A stretch of DNA of 32,000 bases from Vibrio vulnificus CMCP6 (GCF_000039765.1 NC_004459.3:2241127-2273126), one strand, 5' to 3'; shown: positions 1-9,294, numbered from the stretch's first letter. The notes: a model not told the origin generated them from the letters alone. A program made the numbers and translations.

Positions 1-4
1 GACA

Positions 5-36
5 GTCTTTACCAAGCGAAAAACAGTGGTAAAGAC
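5..36 (-). terminator. Possible stem-loop downstream of dusC, at the window edge
   Basis: Arms gtctttacc (5-13) and ggtaaagac (28-36) are complementary over 9 bp with a 14-nt loop, starting 9 nt after the dusC stop. The downstream U-tract would lie outside the window, so it cannot be judged. Confidence 0.25.
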
Positions 37-44
37 AAAATTGT

Positions 45-1001
45 TTACTGTGCCACCTCGAGCTGTTCGCGATAGTGATGCAGATGCTCAACGATGCTTT
101 CCACTTGCGTCAAGGTGCGAATATCGCGGAATAGGTCAGCCGCTTGTGGGTATGCTTGGCGCAAATAAGCAAACCACTGCTTGATACGATTTGGGTAATA
201 TTTCCCTTTGTCGCCACGCACTTCGTATTGGGTGTATTTGAGCAATAAATCCACCACTTCGTGCCACGGCATCGCACGGTGATTGTGCTTAACGATGTTG
301 CCCAAGTTAGGCACGTTTAATGCGCCACGGCACACCATCAAAGAATCGATGCCAGTGGTTTCAATACAGGCTTGACCATCGGCATAGTTCCAGATTTCGC
401 CATTAGCAATCAAAGGAATCGTGGAACGTTGGCGGATTTGGTCAATGTAATCCCATTTGATTTCACTCGCTTTATAGCCGCCAGCTTTGGTTCTTGCATG
501 GACGGTTAATTCATCCGCTTTGCCTTGCTCTACCGCGTCCACAATCTCGAAACAATCTTCCGGGTTTTCCCAGCCCAAACGAATTTTGGCGGAAACTGGA
601 ATGTGCGAGGGCACTGCATCACGACACGCTTTGACCACTTGATAGATTAGTTCCGGGTGTTGCAGCAGCGCTGCGCCCCCTTTGCTTTGATTAACCATCT
701 TTGCCGGACAACCAAAGTTTAGATCGATACCATGCGCACCGAGCTGCGCGGCGCGGATAGCATTTTCGGCCATCCAGTGGGGATCTTGGCCTAACAGCTG
801 CACTTTGACAGGAACACCATTTTTTGTTTTTGACCCTTGTTTCAGTTCAGGGCAGAGGCGATAAAACACATGGTCTGGGAGTGGTTGGCTGACAACGCGA
901 ACAAACTCAGTGACACAAAAATCGTAGTCATTGATTTCGGTAAGCATCTCTCGCATCAGGTGGTCGAGCACACCTTCCATCGGTCCCAATATCACTCGCA
1001 T
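45..1001 (-). CDS. dusC: tRNA-dihydrouridine(16) synthase DusC
   Basis: The 318-aa ORF is collinear by eye with E. coli DusC: MRVxLxPMEGVLD N-terminus, NFGCPAK catalytic-Cys region, VHARTK and IANGEI flavin-binding TIM-barrel motifs, and the C-terminal helical domain. Confidence 0.93.
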   Translation of the reverse strand: MRVILGPMEGVLDHLMREMLTEINDYDFCVTEFVRVVSQPLPDHVFYRLCPELKQGSKTKNGVPVKVQLLGQDPHWMAENAIRAAQLGAHGIDLNFGCPAKMVNQSKGGAALLQHPELIYQVVKACRDAVPSHIPVSAKIRLGWENPEDCFEIVDAVEQGKADELTVHARTKAGGYKASEIKWDYIDQIRQRSTIPLIANGEIWNYADGQACIETTGIDSLMVCRGALNVPNLGNIVKHNHRAMPWHEVVDLLLKYTQYEVRGDKGKYYPNRIKQWFAYLRQAYPQAADLFRDIRTLTQVESIVEHLHHYREQLEVAQ

Positions 1002-1160
1002 CTTTATTCTGGCCTCTCAAAAAATGAGGCGCGATTGTAGCGATTCACTGAGAGCTTGTCACGAGAAGAGGCAAGGAGAGAGGCTTTTCATGATTTAATC
1101 CCCCCATTTACTTTGCTTAGGTATATAATCCGGCCAAATTGAACAACAAGTGTTTCAACG

Positions 1161-1769
1161 ATGCAATATCAATTAATTGAATTCAATGACGCTTCCAGCC
1201 AAGCTTCTGCTTGGTTTATTGAAGGCGCAGTTTTAGCGGCGAACTTAACGATTCAACCGACCGATCCTGATACCTGGTTAACCGAGTTGCTGGGGGATGT
1301 GTCTGCCGAGCTTCGCGCGGCTGTGACGGAGCAAATTCATAAGCAGCATAATCGGATTTTACGCAATGAATATTCATTGCTCGAGCTCGTAGGCGATGAA
1401 AGAGATAACTTGGCCGACTTTGCTGAAGGTTTTATGTCTTTGTGGCCAAGAGTTGAAGAGCAATGGCAATCCGCCATCGTCAATGACGGCACTCAACGCA
1501 TGATGCAGGCGCTCTTTACCAGCTTTATGTTGGCCATTGATGAAGAGAGTACTCAACAGCAAATGCTCGCTGCGGGAATTGAAGCGCCTCCCGCTTTGAG
1601 CGATTTCATTGACCAAATGGATTTGATGATCAACGAAGTGGCGCTTGCCGCCGATGAACTGATGGTTGGCAACAAATCACAAAGTTTGAATCCTTTCAAA
1701 GGAGTAGGGCGAAACGACCCTTGTCCTTGTCAAAGTGGCAAAAAATTCAAACAGTGTTGTGGCCAATAA
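1161..1769 (+). CDS. YecA-like UPF0149 family protein with C-terminal SEC-C zinc-binding motif
   Basis: 202 aa. The C-terminus [16 protein letters not shown] is the SecA-type SEC-C metal-binding motif. The acidic N-terminal helical region resembles UPF0149/YecA. Confidence 0.8.
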   Translation: MQYQLIEFNDASSQASAWFIEGAVLAANLTIQPTDPDTWLTELLGDVSAELRAAVTEQIHKQHNRILRNEYSLLELVGDERDNLADFAEGFMSLWPRVEEQWQSAIVNDGTQRMMQALFTSFMLAIDEESTQQQMLAAGIEAPPALSDFIDQMDLMINEVALAADELMVGNKSQSLNPFKGVGRNDPCPCQSGKKFKQCCGQ

Positions 1770-1787
1770 TCAACACGCGACAAAAAA

Positions 1788-1820
1788 CAGCCGACTCTGA
1801 ATGAGTCGGCTGTTTTTTTT
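1788..1820. terminator. Bidirectional rho-independent terminator between the yecA-like gene and dsbB
   Basis: Stem cagccgactc / gagtcggctg (10 bp) with a 5-nt loop. It is flanked by an A-run upstream and T8 downstream, so it has a U-tract on either strand. Confidence 0.85.
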
Positions 1821-1846
1821 AACTGCAATCCGAGTCAGCGTCGGAA

Positions 1847-2365
1847 CTATTTTGATTTGAAAAACTGAGCAATAACGATAAATGCGAGCGCCACTAGGTT
1901 GCCAGCAAAAATAATCACCAACCATTGTGGCATCGAAAGTGTCATGAACTGCCATACGATTTTGCTACAGTCACCATAGGCTTCAAACATCCAAGGCGCC
2001 CATTGATTCAATGGAGCCCAATCTGGGAAGGTGACGAACAGATCACAAGTAGCAAAAGGCGATGGATTAAACTGGTAATCAACGTGTTGTAATGACAACG
2101 CCAACCCTTTGTAAGCACTGGCTCCCCAAGCCGCCAAACCTAACCAACGAACAAGTGGGTTATTGGGTGCAATCAGGCCAAAGAGTGCCGCGCCACCCAC
2201 GCCAAGCATCGCCACGCGCTCATAAATACACATCACACAGGGTGACAGCATCATCACATGCTGAAAGAACAGCGCCGCTCCCTCAAAAAAGACCACGAAG
2301 AGTAGCAATAGCAGCCATGAGATTCTGTTTTTTGAAAACTGATTGAGTGATGCAAATAAATTCAC
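1847..2365 (-). CDS. dsbB: Disulfide bond formation protein B
   Basis: Aligns with E. coli DsbB (FQHVMxLxPCVxCIYER with the CxxC pair; four TM helices). The track ORF starts at a TTG (2389). A GTG at 2365 preceded by AAGGA at 8 nt gives an N-terminus (MNLFASLNQFSKNR) matching the E. coli length, so it is preferred. Confidence 0.88.
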   Translation of the reverse strand: MNLFASLNQFSKNRISWLLLLLFVVFFEGAALFFQHVMMLSPCVMCIYERVAMLGVGGAALFGLIAPNNPLVRWLGLAAWGASAYKGLALSLQHVDYQFNPSPFATCDLFVTFPDWAPLNQWAPWMFEAYGDCSKIVWQFMTLSMPQWLVIIFAGNLVALAFIVIAQFFKSK

Positions 2366-2390
2366 TTCTAAAATCCTTTGTATGTTCAAT

Positions 2391-2419
2391 AAAAAAGCTC
2401 TGAATACTCAGAGCTTTTT
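2391..2419 (-). terminator. Rho-independent terminator of nhaB
   Basis: Stem gctctga / tcagagc extended by A/T pairs, with a 4-nt loop and T6 on the minus strand. It lies 34 nt after the nhaB stop. Confidence 0.8.
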
Positions 2420-2452
2420 ATCTCGGATAAGTTTCTTTAGCAAACTAAAAAT

Positions 2453-4042
2453 TTAATGTCCGCCGGAAACTGCGTGAGTTGCCTCACCCACATGGTGAGC
2501 AATCCAACCTGCGTCGTAAAACCAAGCTGTCATAGGCTCAAGTAAGAAGACGATGCCAAACAAGCCAACCAGAGCCAGTACAATCGTGTATGGCAGAGCC
2601 ATGATCACCATCTTGCCGTAAGACAGACGAATCAATGGTGCGAGTGCTGAAGTCAACAAAAATAGGAACGCCGCTTGGCCGTTTGGTGTTGCCACTGATG
2701 GCAAGTTAGTTCCTGTGTTGATCGCCACGGCCAGCAAGTCAAACTGGTCACGTGTAATAATGCCTTCTACTAGCGCAGTTTTGACTTCGTTGATGTAAAC
2801 CGTACCGACGAACACGTTGTCAGACACCATCGAAAGCAAACCGTTTGCCACGTAGAACATCGCCAACTGCGTGCCTTTGTCTTCCACCGCGAGAACTGCA
2901 TCGATAACAGGCTTAAACAACTCTTGGTCGATGATTACCGCCACGATAGAGAAGAAAACCGCAAGAAGTGCCGTAAATGGCAGTGCTTCTTCAAACGCTT
3001 TACCGAGTGAGTGTTCTTCAATCACACCAGTGAAGGCTGTGGCTAGGATGATGACGGACAAACCGATCAAACCTACCGCGGCCAAGTGCAGTGCGAGGCC
3101 GACAATCAGCCATACGGCGATAAGACCTTGAATCCAAAGTTTGGCCACATCTTGGTTGGTACGAGCCTTGCGTTCTTCTTTGTCGAATTCGACAAGAATA
3201 TGACGAACGTTATCAGGTAGTTCAGCGCCGTAGCCAAACACCTTAAGTTTTTCGACCGCAAAACAGGTGAGCAAACCACAAACGAAAACAGGAAGCGTAA
3301 CTGGAGCCATGCGAATCAAGAACTCACCAAACAACCAACTTGCTTGGTCTGCAATGATCAAGTTTTGAGGTTCACCTACCATGGTCGTCACGCCACCGAG
3401 CGCAGTACCAACACCCGCATGCATGAGCAGTGAGCGTAAAAATGCGCGGTAGTTTTCTAAGTCTTCACGAGTCAGCTCGGCAAGATGATCGTCTTGTGTA
3501 TGGTCATGATCGGAACTGACGCCCTTACCCGATGCCACTTTGTGGTAGATCGAATAGAAACCCACGGCAACGCTGATAACAACGGCGATAACGGTCAGTG
3601 CGTCTAAGAAAGCGGAAAGAAAGGCCGCGGCAAAACAAAACGCTAAAGACAAAATCGCTTTAGAGCGAATGCCAAGCAATATCTTGGTGAAAATGAAGAG
3701 TAGCAACTGCTTCATGAAGTAGATGCCAGCGACCATGAAGACCAGTAACAACAACACTTCGATATTGGCGACGAGCTCATGCTTAACCTGTTCAGGGCTA
3801 GTCATGCCAATCGCGATGGCTTCAATGGCTAATAAACCACCAGGTTGAAGAGGATAACATTTGAGCGCCATTGCCAACGTGAAAATAAATTCCACGACGA
3901 GTAGCCAGCCTGCTACAAATGGGTCAACGAAGAAGAAAACAATCGGGTTAATGATTAAAAAAGAAATGATGGCAACTTTATACCAATCAGGCGCTTTACC
4001 AAGAAAATTCTTAATAAAAGCGTTTCCGAGCGACATCGGCAT
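2453..4042 (-). CDS. nhaB: Na+/H+ antiporter NhaB
   Basis: 529 aa, near-collinear with E. coli NhaB. Long identical blocks include [24 protein letters not shown], [24 protein letters not shown] and [31 protein letters not shown]. Confidence 0.96.
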   Translation of the reverse strand: MPMSLGNAFIKNFLGKAPDWYKVAIISFLIINPIVFFFVDPFVAGWLLVVEFIFTLAMALKCYPLQPGGLLAIEAIAIGMTSPEQVKHELVANIEVLLLLVFMVAGIYFMKQLLLFIFTKILLGIRSKAILSLAFCFAAAFLSAFLDALTVIAVVISVAVGFYSIYHKVASGKGVSSDHDHTQDDHLAELTREDLENYRAFLRSLLMHAGVGTALGGVTTMVGEPQNLIIADQASWLFGEFLIRMAPVTLPVFVCGLLTCFAVEKLKVFGYGAELPDNVRHILVEFDKEERKARTNQDVAKLWIQGLIAVWLIVGLALHLAAVGLIGLSVIILATAFTGVIEEHSLGKAFEEALPFTALLAVFFSIVAVIIDQELFKPVIDAVLAVEDKGTQLAMFYVANGLLSMVSDNVFVGTVYINEVKTALVEGIITRDQFDLLAVAINTGTNLPSVATPNGQAAFLFLLTSALAPLIRLSYGKMVIMALPYTIVLALVGLFGIVFLLEPMTAWFYDAGWIAHHVGEATHAVSGGH

Positions 4043-4682
4043 GATAATTCTCTTATTAACTTATATATGAATAGACACTACAACATAGTGCTTAAGCCTA
4101 TGCTTTAAAGAAGAAATATCTATCTTTATAAACAATAACTTAGAAAAACAACAATCCTTGTTTAAAATGTAGTCTTGCCAAGTTACTTCCCTTGAACTTA
4201 AGCACCGCTCTTATTTTCGCCCGCAACTCTACTCTCAAGTAACATTTAGTCAACAGGAAATCCCAATCCTGTCTTCATTTGCTGACTTAATTTCGCAAAA
4301 CGCGATCGAAGTAGCACAAGTATATCATGTAAACTATGCAAAAGTTCGCTTATCATCATAATTTACGTTGAAAGCATAAAAAAGTTAAATTAAGAAAGAG
4401 TATTAACCGATTAACTCAATTTTAATTTGCAATTTATGAATTTAAAAATGTGACCTATCACCCTTTATTTATTCTGGCTTTGTGCATGGTCTTGCGACCA
4501 TAAAATGTATTTTTTGACGACTTCCAGATTCCGCAAAGGCATTTTTTATCCAATTTAACTTAGAGTGTTTACTCTATATTGCAATTTGGTTGCATTTCGT
4601 GATAGTAAATTTTCGCAAATGAAGAAGTAGTGGTATGATGAGTGCCATTCGACCCAAAACAAATATTGGAATAACAAATATA

Positions 4683-5522
4683 ATGGTCATTAAGGCAAAG
4701 AGCCCTGCGGGATTTGCAGAGAAATACATTATCGAAAGCATCTGGAATGGGCGTTTCCCTCCAGGTTCCATTTTACCTGCTGAGCGTGAGCTGTCTGAAC
4801 TGATTGGTGTTACGCGCACCACACTACGTGAGGTTTTACAAAGACTTGCTCGTGATGGTTGGTTGACGATCCAACATGGTAAGCCAACCAAAGTGAACCA
4901 GTTTATGGAAACCTCGGGGCTGCATATCCTCGATACACTCATGACGCTAGACGTTGATAACGCAACAAATATTGTTGAAGATTTGCTTGCAGCACGTACA
5001 AATATCAGTCCGATATTCATGCGTTATGCCTTTAAAGTGAATAAAGAAAACTCTGAGCGTACGATCAAAACCGTTATTGATTCATGTGAGCAATTGGTTG
5101 CGGCTGAATCTTGGGATGCATTTTTGTCATCGTCTCCTTATGCCGACAAAATTCAGCAAAATGTAAAAGAAGACAATGAGAAAGATGAAGCGAAACGCCA
5201 AGAAATCTTGATTGCGAAGACCTTCAACTTCTACGATTACATGCTGTTCCAGCGTTTAGCTTTCCACTCAGGAAATCAAATTTATGGTTTGATTTTCAAT
5301 GGTTTGAAGAAGCTATATGATCGTGTCGGTAGTTTTTACTTCTCTAATCCAGCGTCTCGTGAATTGGCCCTTAAGTTCTATCGCCAACTGCTGTTGACGT
5401 GTGAGTCAGGACAGCGTGAACAGTTACCAGCGTTGATTCGTCAATACGGTATTGAGAGTGCGATGATTTGGAACGAGATGAAAAAGCAGCTTCCAACGAA
5501 TTTCACAGAAGACGACTGCTAA
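4683..5522 (+). CDS. fadR: Fatty-acid metabolism regulator FadR (GntR family, long Vibrio-type form)
   Basis: From [72 protein letters not shown] the N-terminal wHTH is almost identical to E. coli FadR. Starting at the ATG at 4683 gives 279 aa. The track ORF start at 4635 adds 16 residues not seen in homologues. Confidence 0.93.
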   Translation: MVIKAKSPAGFAEKYIIESIWNGRFPPGSILPAERELSELIGVTRTTLREVLQRLARDGWLTIQHGKPTKVNQFMETSGLHILDTLMTLDVDNATNIVEDLLAARTNISPIFMRYAFKVNKENSERTIKTVIDSCEQLVAAESWDAFLSSSPYADKIQQNVKEDNEKDEAKRQEILIAKTFNFYDYMLFQRLAFHSGNQIYGLIFNGLKKLYDRVGSFYFSNPASRELALKFYRQLLLTCESGQREQLPALIRQYGIESAMIWNEMKKQLPTNFTEDDC

Positions 5523-5550
5523 TAGCTAATAATTGACGCTGTTAATGGAA

Positions 5551-5577
5551 AACCGCCAGCCTGGCGGTTTTTTTATA
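5551..5577 (+). terminator. Rho-independent terminator of fadR
   Basis: aaccgcc-agcct-ggcggtt followed by T6, 29 nt after the fadR stop. Confidence 0.85.
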
Positions 5578-5742
5578 CCTGACTGTTGCACTCAAGCATT
5601 ATTGTTATAATATAACAAAACTCATTTGTGATCCGATGATTGAAAATTGGAGTATCAACCCCCATAGTTGCAATACAGATGAGAAAACATCATGTACAAA
5701 AGAGTCGTTAGATTAGACGTAACCAATCAAGTGAGTAGAGAT

Positions 5743-6339
5743 ATGGCGGAAGTTCGAGCCAGAGTCGATTTTAAAGTCGGTGCAAAAAGTAATATTGATG
5801 CGGAAATTCTTTCATTTCGTGGTTTGAAGACCGACAAAGAGCATGTGGCAGTCATCTTTAAATCGGCAGATGTGACTCAAGAAGTCCCCCTAGTTCGAAT
5901 GCATTCTGAATGCCTCACTGGGGATGTGTTCCATTCATCTCGCTGTGACTGTGGCGAGCAGTTGGAAGAGACGATCAATCGTATGGGTGAGTCTGGCGGC
6001 ATCATTCTTTATCTTCGCCAAGAAGGTCGCGGGATCGGCCTTTACAACAAAATCGATGCTTACCGTTTGCAAAGCGAAGGGATGAATACTTACGAGGCCA
6101 ATAACCATCTTGGCTTTGATGACGATCTTCGTGACTTTACGGAAGCGGCACAAATGCTTGAAGCGCTAGGGATCAAACAGATTCGATTAGTGACCAACAA
6201 CCCTAAGAAGATTCGTGAATTAAGTGAGTACGGGATAGAGATTGTTGAAGTGGTCAACACTTCTGCTCACATCAAAGAAGGCAATGAAAGCTACTTAAAG
6301 GCGAAAGTATCTCATGGTAAGCACCATTTAAAAGTGTAA
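5743..6339 (+). CDS. ribA: GTP cyclohydrolase II
   Basis: Contains HSECLTGD...RCDCGEQL zinc/GTP motifs, [12 protein letters not shown] and LVTNNPKK, collinear with E. coli RibA. The start at 5743 (MAEVRARV, 198 aa) matches the E. coli length. An in-frame ATG at 5692 is the alternative. Confidence 0.9.
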   Translation: MAEVRARVDFKVGAKSNIDAEILSFRGLKTDKEHVAVIFKSADVTQEVPLVRMHSECLTGDVFHSSRCDCGEQLEETINRMGESGGIILYLRQEGRGIGLYNKIDAYRLQSEGMNTYEANNHLGFDDDLRDFTEAAQMLEALGIKQIRLVTNNPKKIRELSEYGIEIVEVVNTSAHIKEGNESYLKAKVSHGKHHLKV

Positions 6340-6382
6340 TGCGAAGTTGCTTAGCAATAATTGATAAAAAGCTCCACAGTTG

Positions 6383-6403
6383 TGGCAATGTAGTTCACTT
6401 AAG
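6383..6403. repeat. IS terminal inverted repeat (transposase-distal end)
   Basis: tggcaatgtagttcacttaag matches the reverse complement of 7799-7819 at 18 of 21 positions. The transposase stop codon lies inside it. Confidence 0.75.
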
Positions 6404-7732
6404 AGGAGCTGCCTTGCGATTAACAGGATATCGGGTCTTTGATATTTTTACCGCCCTAGGCCGATTTGGCTTAGGGCGTTTGTCTATAAAAAGGATGGAT
6501 AAGTCTCCGCGCAGACTTTTTAGACGCTTCGGTGTATTACCTGGAGATACCGCTTTGCTCATTACTTTCAGTTGACTAGCGATGAACTGACAAGCGTATT
6601 TAAAACTGATTTCATTGGCCATTCGACCATGTGCTACGGCCGCTTGACTGGCTTCTCGTCTTACCAAGTTATAACCAAGCAACAGCCCCCATAACTCTTG
6701 ATAGACAAGCTCGACCGTCTTACTCCTCAGCACTAACGCGTTGTGCTGCATCGAACTTTTTATGTCTCTGTACCCTAACTCAATTTCCCATCTCTCATGG
6801 TAAAGCTCGGCTACTGATTCCGCATCGTACTCTTCCCTAGGCAAAGACGTAAACACTGTTTTGTGCTTACCTTGTACTTGATAAGTAACGGCTCTGACTT
6901 GCCATTTTTCAGGTAGGTTAGGATTTTTCTTGCGAGCCTGTGGAGAGACTTTCATTTCTACCAACATGTCGTCGCTCTCTTCATCGTCCAGAAGTCTGAA
7001 TTTCACCCCTTTCTTCGCTGGTAACAACCAATGCCTGTTGGAGCCACTATTTTGGAGAGAAAGAAGTAAGTCTGCGCCATAAAACCTCTTATCTAGTAAA
7101 GTCAATGAGTTATCAGGTAGAGAGTCAATAAAGGGCATTGCAAGCGGTATTTCACCACGACGATAGGGGCTTATAGCTGCGTCTACAATGACATGTGAGC
7201 GAACATTCATCATGGTCACCACCCTGAGTACTGGATGAGGTGTCTGCCTCTCGCTGGATGTATTACCTGACCCAAAATGTTCTCTTAGTTCTGATGTATC
7301 AGCGGTTCGAAAAAGAGCCCCATCAATAGCGAAGACTTGTAAGCCTTGCCAAGTATCCTCGGGGTAACGCTCTAGACCCCATGTGTGACTGCATTGTCTA
7401 AACAACCATTCTGGAGCAGCTTTACCAAGGCGTTGCCTTGCTTGCGTTAAAGCACTTTTAGCTAGCAGTTCCTCATCGGCTAAGCCCTCGGCACAGACAT
7501 TCATTCGCCGTGCGACTTCTGCAATAGACTCATTGCGGAAAAACGCCATTCCAACAATAAGCCAAAGAACCATATCACTAGGTAAACGACGTCGACGAAT
7601 TGTCGCTTTATCGGAAAGTGTTGCCGCTTTAGCAACCCACTCATCAGGAATATGCTCAGAGAAAGTGGTGAGCTGAGCGACATCAACAGGACTCTCTTCA
7701 AGAAAGTCAGCAAAATAGTTTTGGATAGACAT
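6395..7732 (-). CDS. IS4-family DDE transposase
   Basis: Collinear with the E. coli IS4 transposase: RRRLPSDMVLWLIVGMA, FAIDGALFRTADT (D1), LLDKRFYG (D2), and YHERWEIELGYRDIKS (the Y-2-R-3-E-6-K signature). There are no internal stops. Confidence 0.93.
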   Translation of the reverse strand: MSIQNYFADFLEESPVDVAQLTTFSEHIPDEWVAKAATLSDKATIRRRRLPSDMVLWLIVGMAFFRNESIAEVARRMNVCAEGLADEELLAKSALTQARQRLGKAAPEWLFRQCSHTWGLERYPEDTWQGLQVFAIDGALFRTADTSELREHFGSGNTSSERQTPHPVLRVVTMMNVRSHVIVDAAISPYRRGEIPLAMPFIDSLPDNSLTLLDKRFYGADLLLSLQNSGSNRHWLLPAKKGVKFRLLDDEESDDMLVEMKVSPQARKKNPNLPEKWQVRAVTYQVQGKHKTVFTSLPREEYDAESVAELYHERWEIELGYRDIKSSMQHNALVLRSKTVELVYQELWGLLLGYNLVRREASQAAVAHGRMANEISFKYACQFIASQLKVMSKAVSPGNTPKRLKSLRGDLSILFIDKRPKPNRPRAVKISKTRYPVNRKAAPLK

Positions 7733-7738
7733 AAAAAA

Positions 7739-7766
7739 ATCGGAAACCTATAAACAGGTTTCCGAT
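7739..7766 (-). terminator. Terminator-like hairpin inside the IS, immediately upstream of the transposase ATG
   Basis: On the minus strand: atcggaaacc-tgtttata-ggtttccgat followed by T7, then the ATG (7732). It is a 10-bp perfect stem with a U-tract. Confidence 0.6.
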
Positions 7767-7798
7767 TGTCTCTCATCAGAAGGATCGGTCAACCGATC

Positions 7799-7819
7799 CT
7801 TATCTGATCTACATTGCCA
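7799..7819. repeat. IS terminal inverted repeat (transposase-proximal end)
   Basis: cttatctgatctacattgcca is the reverse complement partner of 6383-6403. Confidence 0.75.
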
Positions 7820-8200
7820 ATTGATTGGGTTTTTTTCTGCCTGTCATCTTTCTCTGACCTTATTTTGAAGCATCATTTGGTTTGGGGTGCCTACATGTTT
7901 GTATCGAATTCATCACATTTTAGACAAAGCTTGTTAAATATCTTTGCTGATACTACCTACGTAGTTCCTCTCTCTTTGGTATGCAATGTTCAAAATTAAA
8001 ATCTTATAAAACAATCTAATAATAGATCCTCAGTCAATATCCTACGTGGTTATACGTATTCATGTGAGATAGAGTAGGTTGCCACTTGCTTTTTCCTTGC
8101 GTGTTCCTGCCGATTAACAAAGTGTGTTTTTTGTTTCATGTTTAACACGAATTTCCAATGTCAATTGATCCGACATGAATAAAAACAAAGGACGTGAAAC

Positions 8201-9289
8201 ATGAGTCTTATCCAAAGAACGATAAAACGAGTGCTAAAAACGACGGCGGTTGCGGCCGCGCTCGCTTTAGTGGCAACCACTGCAAACGCTGCTGATAAAG
8301 TCTATCGCTTAAAACTGGCAGAAACTTGGGGGCCAAACTTCCCAATTTTCGGTGATGCAACGAAAAATATGGCCAAAATGGCGGAAGAGATGTCAAACGG
8401 TCGTTTGCAAATCCGTATCGACTCTGCCAACAAGCACAAAGCGCCACTCGGCGTATTTGATATGGTGAAATCGGGTCAATACGATCTTGGTCACTCGGCG
8501 TCTTACTACTGGAAAGGCAAAGTGCCGAACACGCTTTACTTCACCTCTATGCCTTTTGGCATGCTACCAGCGGAGCAGTACGCGTGGTTCTACCAAGGCG
8601 GTGGGATGGAATTGATGGAGAAGGTGTATGCACCGCATAACCTGCTGTCTTTCCCAGGTGGTAATACCGATACCCAGATGGGCGGCTGGTTCCAAAAAGA
8701 GATCAACTCGGTCGATGACTTACAAGGCCTGAAAATGCGTATTCCGGGTTTTGCCGGTGAAATCCTAGCTGAACTTGGTGCAAAACCAACCAACATTGCC
8801 CCGGGTGAGCTTTATACCTCGCTTGAGCGCCGTACCATCGATGCGTTGGAATGGGTTGGCCCGTCACTTGACCTGCGTATGGGCTTCCACAAAATTGCTC
8901 CTTACTACTACACCGGTTGGCATGAGCCAGGCACAGAGCTCCAATTCTTGGTGAACAAACGCACTTGGGATGGTCTGCCTGATGATCTGAAAGCGATTTT
9001 AAAAGTCGCAATGAAGACCGCGGCTTATGACATGTATGTTCAATCTGTGCATGAAAGTGGTAAGAACTGGGCATCGATTAAATCGGAATACCCGAATGTT
9101 CAGGTGAAAGATTTCCCTGCGTCGGTGATGACAGCGCTTCGCACTGCGAATGACAAATTATTGAAAGAACATGCCGCGCAAGATGCGTTGGCAAAAGAAA
9201 TCCAAGAGTCTCAGGCGGCTTATATCAAGCAAGTTCGCCCATGGACCGATATTTCTGCCCGTGCTTATCTCAATAGCCAAGCACAGTAA
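8201..9289 (+). CDS. TRAP transporter substrate-binding protein (DctP family)
   Basis: 362 aa. It has a Sec signal peptide (…ALVATTANA/ADK), a DctP-type fold sequence (LKLAETWGPNFPIFGD…, SMPFGM, EWVGP) and sits first in a P-Q-M gene order. Confidence 0.88.
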   Translation: MSLIQRTIKRVLKTTAVAAALALVATTANAADKVYRLKLAETWGPNFPIFGDATKNMAKMAEEMSNGRLQIRIDSANKHKAPLGVFDMVKSGQYDLGHSASYYWKGKVPNTLYFTSMPFGMLPAEQYAWFYQGGGMELMEKVYAPHNLLSFPGGNTDTQMGGWFQKEINSVDDLQGLKMRIPGFAGEILAELGAKPTNIAPGELYTSLERRTIDALEWVGPSLDLRMGFHKIAPYYYTGWHEPGTELQFLVNKRTWDGLPDDLKAILKVAMKTAAYDMYVQSVHESGKNWASIKSEYPNVQVKDFPASVMTALRTANDKLLKEHAAQDALAKEIQESQAAYIKQVRPWTDISARAYLNSQAQ

Positions 9290-9294
9290 GAAAT

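Larger units (their letters stand above)
6383..7819 (-). mobile_element. IS4-family insertion sequence (about 1.44 kb), apparently intact
   Basis: A single 445-aa transposase is flanked by imperfect terminal inverted repeats tggcaatgtagTtcaCTtaag (6383-6403) and its complement at 7799-7819 (18/21 matches). The size is close to E. coli IS4. Boundaries are good to a few bp, and no target-site duplication could be identified. Confidence 0.85.

Noticed and set aside
837-4070. Antisense or shadow ORFs inside dusC, the yecA-like gene, dsbB and nhaB (837-1040+, 1374-1616-, 1770-1955-, 2092-2346+, 2871-3131+, 3861-4070+)
   Set aside because: All lie entirely or mostly within, and opposite to or out of frame with, genes that have strong homology. 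They have low-complexity, Arg/Ser/Pro-rich translations and no RBS, which is typical of frame shadows.
4449-4461. CRP-like sequence tgtgacctatcac in the nhaB-fadR spacer
   Set aside because: The TGTGA and TCAC half-sites are separated by 4 nt instead of the 6 nt required by the CRP consensus (TGTGA-N6-TCACA).
4574-5020. 148-aa minus-strand ORF overlapping the fadR 5' region
   Set aside because: It is antisense to the highly conserved FadR DNA-binding domain, with no RBS and a Ser/Val-rich shadow composition.
5523-5742. Possible FMN riboswitch upstream of ribA
   Set aside because: The spacer left after the fadR terminator is too short for a roughly 150-nt FMN element. It also lacks the conserved G-rich FMN-element core segments.
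6339-6575. 78-aa plus-strand ORF starting at the ribA stop and running into the IS
   Set aside because: It crosses the IS terminal repeat and is antisense to the transposase C-terminus. It is an artefact of the insertion.
7501-7999. ORFs 7501-7776 (-) and 7814-7999 (+) at the transposase-proximal IS end
   Set aside because: The first is an alternative frame over the transposase N-terminus and leader hairpins. The second begins inside the IS terminal repeat, has no RBS and has an implausible composition.
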